Translations under genes and position numbers: made by a program
The notes under the pieces: model-generated
Database searches by the model: none
What the model was told of the DNA's origin: nothing
The model's input: the letters and a program-made list of their open reading frames with translations, nothing else
Part shown: positions 59,003 through 64,000 of the stretch, piece by piece
Position numbering within the stretch: position 1 is the stretch's first letter
Layout of the letters: the number at the start of each line of letters is the position of its first letter
Assembly: GCA_017468205.1 (NCBI GenBank)
Contig: JAFUJK010000012.1
Span: forward strand, 2,256-66,255
DNA: 64,000 bases
Source: Clostridia bacterium
Lineage (GTDB): Bacteria > Bacillota > Clostridia > Christensenellales > UBA1242
Direction: 5' to 3'

Positions 59003-59875
59003 TTATCTAATGCGGTCGGTTACGTTTTCAATAGAAGCATCTTCGTGTACAAATTCGTAATGTTCTGAATTTTGCACATCTTTTGCATCGTAACGCGCAA
59101 TAAACTCCGCACCACTTATTTCACCATAAAGTTCCTTGTTTTTTCTGAATGAAGCAATTTTTTCAAAAATTTTTGAAGTCCCCATATTTTCCGTTTGAAT
59201 ATATTTAACACCAAACAAATCAAACAAATAAGAACAAGCATCTTCTGGTGTTTTAATATCGACATCTATTGCAGGACATTCTTTTAAATCAGGATTAATT
59301 GTTGAAGGACTTGCCTGATAAATTGTTGAATAGTCCCTTTTATTATAGTGAGTAATTTCAAGCAACGGACAAGCACCGTCTTGGCAACCACCAACAATAG
59401 CATTCGCACGCATTCCAAAATACTCACGATTTTTTGACCTTACAACATCTAGTCTATATATAATTGGCAAATCTTTATCTACAAGCCAAGGTGCTAAGAG
59501 ATAAAATCTATTTCCTGTTAAATCTTCACCAGAATCTGATACAAAACTATACTCGTGAGTCTTAATCAAAACTTTAGGTGTTTTGAGCATTTCGTCCAAC
59601 ATATCTTGCGTAAAGAAAAACTTTAAACTTTTATCTGTATTATAATAAGGCAAATTTGCCTCGGAATAATCCAAAGAAGTGCTAAATCTTGGGTCTGAAA
59701 TATCGTAAGCACGTTCCCAATATTTTTTAGTTTCGCGGTCAGTCAATCTGTCCTTAATTAAAGAAACATATGAATATTGAGTCGATTTCATTTTTACAGG
59801 TTGCTTATCCAAAATATCTTTCTTTACATTATCAATGTTATATCTAAATTTGCCTCTATTTCTATAATTTACCAT
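59003..59875 (-). CDS. hypothetical protein
   Basis: Start moved to the ATG at 59875 (AAAGGGGAG upstream), giving 290 aa. The ORF-track extension would overlap rpmA. No recognised motif. Confidence 0.5.
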   Translation of the reverse strand: MVNYRNRGKFRYNIDNVKKDILDKQPVKMKSTQYSYVSLIKDRLTDRETKKYWERAYDISDPRFSTSLDYSEANLPYYNTDKSLKFFFTQDMLDEMLKTPKVLIKTHEYSFVSDSGEDLTGNRFYLLAPWLVDKDLPIIYRLDVVRSKNREYFGMRANAIVGGCQDGACPLLEITHYNKRDYSTIYQASPSTINPDLKECPAIDVDIKTPEDACSYLFDLFGVKYIQTENMGTSKIFEKIASFRKNKELYGEISGAEFIARYDAKDVQNSEHYEFVHEDASIENVTDRIR

Positions 59876-59924
59876 AAACTCCCCTTTCTCATAAAAAAGG
59901 AGCGAATTTTCGCCCCCTCTATAA

Positions 59925-60200
59925 TTATTCAGCAATAACTGAAACAACTTTCTTGTTTTGCTTGGTACGACCAAATTTAACTACGCCTGCTGATGTAGCA
60001 AAAAGAGTGTAGTCCTTACCGCAACCAACATTCACACCAGCGTGCACTTGTGTGCCACGTTGACGTACAATAATTTCGCCAGCCTTTACAAAAGTACCAT
60101 CTGAACGCTTAACACCAAGACGCTTTGACTCACTGTCGCGACCGTTCTTACTGCTACCTTGTCCTTTCTTGTGGGCGAATAGTTGAATATTAATAAACAT
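59925..60200 (-). CDS. rpmA: 50S ribosomal protein L27 with cleavable N-terminal extension
   Basis: ATG at 60200 after [28 protein letters not shown] carries the Firmicute pro-sequence, which Prp cleaves between Phe and Ala. Confidence 0.92.
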   Translation of the reverse strand: MFINIQLFAHKKGQGSSKNGRDSESKRLGVKRSDGTFVKAGEIIVRQRGTQVHAGVNVGCGKDYTLFATSAGVVKFGRTKQNKKVVSVIAE

Positions 60201-60528
60201 CACTAACCTCCAATTCAATAAAATCGCTGTACTCGCTGTGCAAGTCGGCAATTCCACACAACATTGTCGCAAAAATAACTTGCACGTCGTGTGCTTGCTC
60301 CGCACTCAATCCATCGGGTACAATAATTTCAAGTGATGGTTTCTCCTCATCTCTAATAATTTGCACATTCGCACAAGCGACTGTCAGCATTCCGAGCGCA
60401 CCAGTTTGGACAATGCTTGAAATCGCACTGCAAACTATATCTTCGCCCTCAACACCATACCCCGTGTGCCCTTCGCAAATTATGCGAGTGTAGTTCTCAC
60501 CATTCTTGAAAACTTTAATACTTGTCAT
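60190..60528 (-). CDS. prp: ribosomal-processing cysteine protease Prp
   Basis: ATG at 60528 after GGAGG. EGHTGYG...DIVCSAISS carries the His/Cys dyad. It lies between rplU and rpmA. Confidence 0.85.
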   Translation of the reverse strand: MTSIKVFKNGENYTRIICEGHTGYGVEGEDIVCSAISSIVQTGALGMLTVACANVQIIRDEEKPSLEIIVPDGLSAEQAHDVQVIFATMLCGIADLHSEYSDFIELEVSDVY

Positions 60529-60550
60529 ATTGACCTCCAAATTTTAAGGT

Positions 60551-60859
60551 CTATTTCTTAATAGCGTCGATTTTAATCTTGCTATAAGGTTGACGGTGTC
60601 CTTGTGCGCGGTGGTGTCCGTTCATCTTCTTGTAAATAGCAAGTTGAACTTTCTTACCCTTACCGTGTTCAAGAACAGTAGCAGAAACGCTTGCGCCAGC
60701 AACAATAGGAGCACCAAAAGTGCTACCCTTCTCGTCACCAAGCATCAAAGGTTCAAATGTAACCTTAGCGTTTACTTCGGCATCAAGGCGCTCAACAGTA
60801 ATCACATCGCCCTCTTGGACTTTGTACTGTTTGCCACCTGTTTTGATAATAGCGTACAT
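60551..60859 (-). CDS. rplU: 50S ribosomal protein L21
   Basis: 102 aa. MYAIIKTGGKQYKVQEGD is the canonical L21 start. Confidence 0.93.
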   Translation of the reverse strand: MYAIIKTGGKQYKVQEGDVITVERLDAEVNAKVTFEPLMLGDEKGSTFGAPIVAGASVSATVLEHGKGKKVQLAIYKKMNGHHRAQGHRQPYSKIKIDAIKK

Positions 60860-60941
60860 AAATTACCCTCCTCAATCCAATCTCGCTGGAAAAACCTAGG
60901 CGGGAGTTGCCTCCACTTTAAGCCCGCTCCATGCGGATACG
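60860..60941 (-). promoter_or_regulatory. candidate L21-leader-type attenuator upstream of rplU
   Basis: The minus-strand leader contains a GCGGG...GGAG-gcaa-CTCC-CGC hairpin followed by TAGGTTTTT. An L21 leader RNA is known upstream of rplU in Firmicutes. I could not check identity to that family. Confidence 0.4.
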
Positions 60942-60947
60942 AAGAGC

Positions 60948-60976
60948 ATTATATCATATATAAATATAAAAGTCAA
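60948..60976 (-). promoter_or_regulatory. candidate promoter TTGACT-17 nt-TATAAT for the rplU operon
   Basis: The minus strand has TTGACT (60976-60971), a 17-nt spacer and TATAAT (60953-60948). Confidence 0.5.
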
Positions 60977-61115
60977 GGGGTTTTTGGGCAAAAGTTAGGG
61001 CAGTAAAATATAAGAAAATGATGTAAGGATTTGATTTTGAAATAATAATGTGATATAATTTTTTTGTTATAATAAGAAATTTTACACAAAAGTTTAATTA
61101 TTGAAGGAAAATTTT

Positions 61116-62414
61116 ATGTATAAAATAATAGAAGTTAACAATAAAAAATTATTAAAAAAATTCGTAAACTATCCACTCAAACTTTATAAAGATTGCCCAT
61201 ATTTTGTGCCAGCCCTTTATTCAGACGAAATGAACGCACTAGACCCAAAAACCAGTGTACACCAAGGCGAAGATGCAACTGTTCAATGCTTTCTATGCGT
61301 TGATGAGAACGAGAAAATTGTTGGACGCGCTTGCGGAATTATCAGCCACCTTTACAACAAGAAAAATAATGACAATCGTATGCGCATAAGCCGTTTTGAC
61401 TTAATAAACGATATTGAAGTTGCGAAGACTTTGCTTAGTGCTGTTGAAGATTGGGGGCGCAAACACGGAGTTAAAACAATACACGGTCCTTTGGGATTTA
61501 ACGACCTTGAACGCGAAGGCTTGCTAATCGAAGGATTTGACGAAATGTGCACGTTTGAATCGCAATACAACTACCCATATTACAAAGAACTTTTGGAGCA
61601 ATTGGGATATGTCAAAGAAGTTGATTGGATAGAAATGCAAGTGCCAATCCCAAGTCAACCTGACGAGAGAAATGCTCGACTTGCCGAGGCAGTTAGCAAA
61701 CGCCTCAAAGTAAAAGAAGCGCAATATAAAAACTTAAACGACTTGTTGAAAAAATATTACGAACCTATAATGAGCCTTATTGACGAAACTTACGGCATAC
61801 TTTATGGTACTGTTCCAATTACAAAACGCGTACGTGATAGCCTACTTGGTCAGTTTAAACTTGTTCTTAACAAGGATTTAATCAGTATTCTTGTTGATGA
61901 GGAAGATAATGTAGTTGGTTTTGGACTTATCTTCCCTGCGATTAACAAAGGAGTACACAAAGCGAAAGGACGCTTGTTCCCATTCGGTTGGATTCCTGTT
62001 TTACGTTCGCTTCACCAATTTGAAACTGTTGACTTTGCATTGATTGGAGTTAAACCTGAATATCAGGACAAAGGCATAACGTCCATTATTTTCAGCAATC
62101 TTATCACGCGTATGGCAAAACTTGGCGTAAAAATAGCCGAAAGCAACTTACAACTTGAAGAAAACTATAAAATTCAAAAGTTGTTTGATGTATACAAACC
62201 TAAAATTGTACGCAGACGTAGATGTTACGTTAAAAGCCTTAACGGCGAAGAAATCCATTTTGCAAAATGCGTAAACAGAAAACCAAAAGAGCCAAAAAGC
62301 GAATTAATCGAACCAAAGCAAGTTGAACTGAAAGAACCAATTAAAAAAGAAATGAAAAAACCTGTTGAAAAAGAAATTGCTGAAAGTGAAAAAATAACAG
62401 AAACAAATGAATAG
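61116..62414 (+). CDS. uncharacterised GNAT-like acyltransferase family protein with Lys/Glu-rich tail
   Basis: ATG at 61116. The N-terminus (LKKFVNYPLKLYKDCPYFVPALYSDEMNALDPKT...VGRACGI) follows a pattern I associate with a conserved family annotated as GNAT N-acetyltransferases. Confidence 0.5.
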   Translation: MYKIIEVNNKKLLKKFVNYPLKLYKDCPYFVPALYSDEMNALDPKTSVHQGEDATVQCFLCVDENEKIVGRACGIISHLYNKKNNDNRMRISRFDLINDIEVAKTLLSAVEDWGRKHGVKTIHGPLGFNDLEREGLLIEGFDEMCTFESQYNYPYYKELLEQLGYVKEVDWIEMQVPIPSQPDERNARLAEAVSKRLKVKEAQYKNLNDLLKKYYEPIMSLIDETYGILYGTVPITKRVRDSLLGQFKLVLNKDLISILVDEEDNVVGFGLIFPAINKGVHKAKGRLFPFGWIPVLRSLHQFETVDFALIGVKPEYQDKGITSIIFSNLITRMAKLGVKIAESNLQLEENYKIQKLFDVYKPKIVRRRRCYVKSLNGEEIHFAKCVNRKPKEPKSELIEPKQVELKEPIKKEMKKPVEKEIAESEKITETNE

Positions 62415-62444
62415 AAAAAAATCACGGATATTCCGTGATTTTTG

Positions 62445-62675
62445 TTATAGTAAAATCGTAAATACAACAGCGACAGCGAAGCACACAATCGCCAGTATGA
62501 AAAATCCCCATTTCATTGGCTTTTCTTGGTGATTTTTCCCTTTGTTAATTGACAACGCGAGGAAAAAGAATGAAAACAGCACAAGCCCAAGCATAATAAC
62601 CCCGCGAAGGGTGTCGTCCATTGTACGAATTGAATTAATCAGCGAACTAAAAAAATCGCCCATCATACTAATCAT
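62445..62675 (-). CDS. small hypothetical membrane protein
   Basis: ATG at 62675 after AGGAG. Two hydrophobic segments. It overlaps the gpmI stop by 8 nt. Confidence 0.45.
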   Translation of the reverse strand: MISMMGDFFSSLINSIRTMDDTLRGVIMLGLVLFSFFFLALSINKGKNHQEKPMKWGFFILAIVCFAVAVVFTILL

Positions 62676-64000
62676 AAGTTTTTTCTCCTGCAATTATACT
62701 CTTCCCAGTCATTTCGGCTGGCTGATAGAGTTTTAATAATTGTAGCACAGTTGGGGCGAAGCAGTCAAGAGCAAATTTCCCTTTTGCTAATTTTATTGTA
62801 TTATCTGTTACAATAAAAGGCACCGGATTAAGGGTATGAGTAGTACTACACCCGTTTTCTACTCTCATATCTTCAATATTTCCGTGGTCAGCAGTAACAA
62901 CACAAGTGTAACCTGCTTTCATTGCTGTGAGAACTGTCTGTTCAAGAGCTTTATCTAGCGCTTCAAGTGCTTCAACGCAAGCATCAAAGTTACCTGTATG
63001 CCCAATCATATCGCCATTGCTGAAGTTAATCAAAACAAAATCGTACACTTTTTTCCCTATTTCTTCACAAGCAATATTTGCAATTTCTGGCGCACGCATC
63101 ACAGGGAAATCAGCAAAATTATCTACAAACTTACTTTCAACTAGCATACGTTTTTCGCCCTTATAAGGCTTTTCAACTCCACCATTGAAATAGTAAGTTA
63201 CGTGGGCATACTTTGTTGTTTCGGCAATTTTCAACTGCTTGCAACCTAGTTTTGCAAGACGTTCGGAAAGTGTATTTTGAGGCACAACTGAATCAAACAT
63301 ACAAGGCAAATTTTGTTGGCGTTCATCGTAAAGGCACATTGAGGTTGCCCTAATTTTAGGCAACGAGCCACGACTAAAACATACAAAATTTTTTGTAGCA
63401 AAAGCAGAAGCGAGTTGACGCATACGGTCTGGGCGGAAGTTAAAGAAAATTATTTCATCACCCTTATTCATACCTTCGTAATTACCTATAACAAATGGAG
63501 GAATAAACTCATCGCTAACGTTTCGAGCATAAGATTTGCTAAAAGCACCGTGAATACTGCTAACACGCGTACCCGTTCCATAAGCAATCAAGTCAAAAGC
63601 GACCTTTGTCCTATTCCAACGTTCTTCCCTATCCATCGCATAAAATCTACCAACAATGGTTGCAATACGACCAACACCGAGTTTTCCGAGTTCCATTTCA
63701 ACTTCTTGTACAAAGTGCTGACCGCTGTCGGGTTTTGTGTCCCTGCCATCAGTAAAACAATGCACGCAGATATCTTTAACGCCGACTTTGACAGCCACGC
63801 GCAAAATCGCCTTTAAATGTTCAATGCTTGAATGCACACCACCAGTAGACACAAGTCCCGCAAGGTGAAGAGTTGAACCCGCCATAATCACGCGCTCAAA
63901 AACCTCGTCCATTACAGTATTGCGCTCAAAAGAGCCATCTTTGATTGCATTGTTAATACGCATATAATCCTGATACACAACGCGTCCTGCACCAAGGTTG
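62668..64000 (-). CDS. gpmI: 2,3-bisphosphoglycerate-independent phosphoglycerate mutase; N-terminus outside window
   Basis: The ORF is open to the window edge. The DGRD, TADHGN and FSNGDMIGHTG motifs of iPGM are present. Confidence 0.9.
   Translation of the reverse strand, partial: NLGAGRVVYQDYMRINNAIKDGSFERNTVMDEVFERVIMAGSTLHLAGLVSTGGVHSSIEHLKAILRVAVKVGVKDICVHCFTDGRDTKPDSGQHFVQEVEMELGKLGVGRIATIVGRFYAMDREERWNRTKVAFDLIAYGTGTRVSSIHGAFSKSYARNVSDEFIPPFVIGNYEGMNKGDEIIFFNFRPDRMRQLASAFATKNFVCFSRGSLPKIRATSMCLYDERQQNLPCMFDSVVPQNTLSERLAKLGCKQLKIAETTKYAHVTYYFNGGVEKPYKGEKRMLVESKFVDNFADFPVMRAPEIANIACEEIGKKVYDFVLINFSNGDMIGHTGNFDACVEALEALDKALEQTVLTAMKAGYTCVVTADHGNIEDMRVENGCSTTHTLNPVPFIVTDNTIKLAKGKFALDCFAPTVLQLLKLYQPAEMTGKSIIAGEKTYD

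Overview
Visibly AT-rich, gene-dense chromosomal window, coded mostly on the minus strand. It looks like an anaerobic, endospore-forming Firmicute (Clostridia-like). Sporulation and germination genes (spoIIAA-spoIIAB-sigF, spoIIR, sleB-ypeB, veg, a SPOCS/DUF3794-like gene) sit among housekeeping genes: dut, argS, ndk, yhbY-obg-nth, hpf, rpmG-secE-nusG-rplK-rplA, rplU-prp-rpmA, fba, gap, tkt, nrdD-nrdG, mnmA, murA-divIB, secG-rnr-smpB-tmRNA and gpmI. RNA genes are tRNA-Ser(GGA) and tmRNA. rpmG (49 aa) is below the ORF-track cutoff and was found by hand. I saw no CRISPR array, transposase, integrase or recognisable known defence system. Seven things are not explained by ordinary annotation. (1) Two non-homologous but iso-structural GC-rich elements of about 85-90 nt, each folding into a closing stem plus three hairpins, lie in operon-internal intergenic spacers (23298-23386 and 26909-26991). 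(2) A lipoprotein gene has a consensus -35 and an extended -10 separated by a 20-nt spacer containing a G11/C11 homopolymer, which looks phase-variable. The cassette is bracketed by near-identical 33-nt terminator repeats downstream of ssrA. (3) An orphan two-gene operon with a perfect sigma-A-type promoter sits just upstream of rpmG-secE-nusG. (4) A very AT-rich orphan gene with a PD-(D/E)XK-like C-terminus abuts tRNA-Ser. (5) A promoter, interleaved-stem (pseudoknot-like) RNA and terminator unit lies upstream of murA. (6) A 9-codon uORF with the strongest Shine-Dalgarno in the window lies upstream of an ABC exporter. (7) A roughly 35-nt palindromic repeat occurs twice, each time about 25 nt after the stop of a minus-strand sporulation-associated gene. 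All functional calls rest on motif recognition by eye, with no database search.
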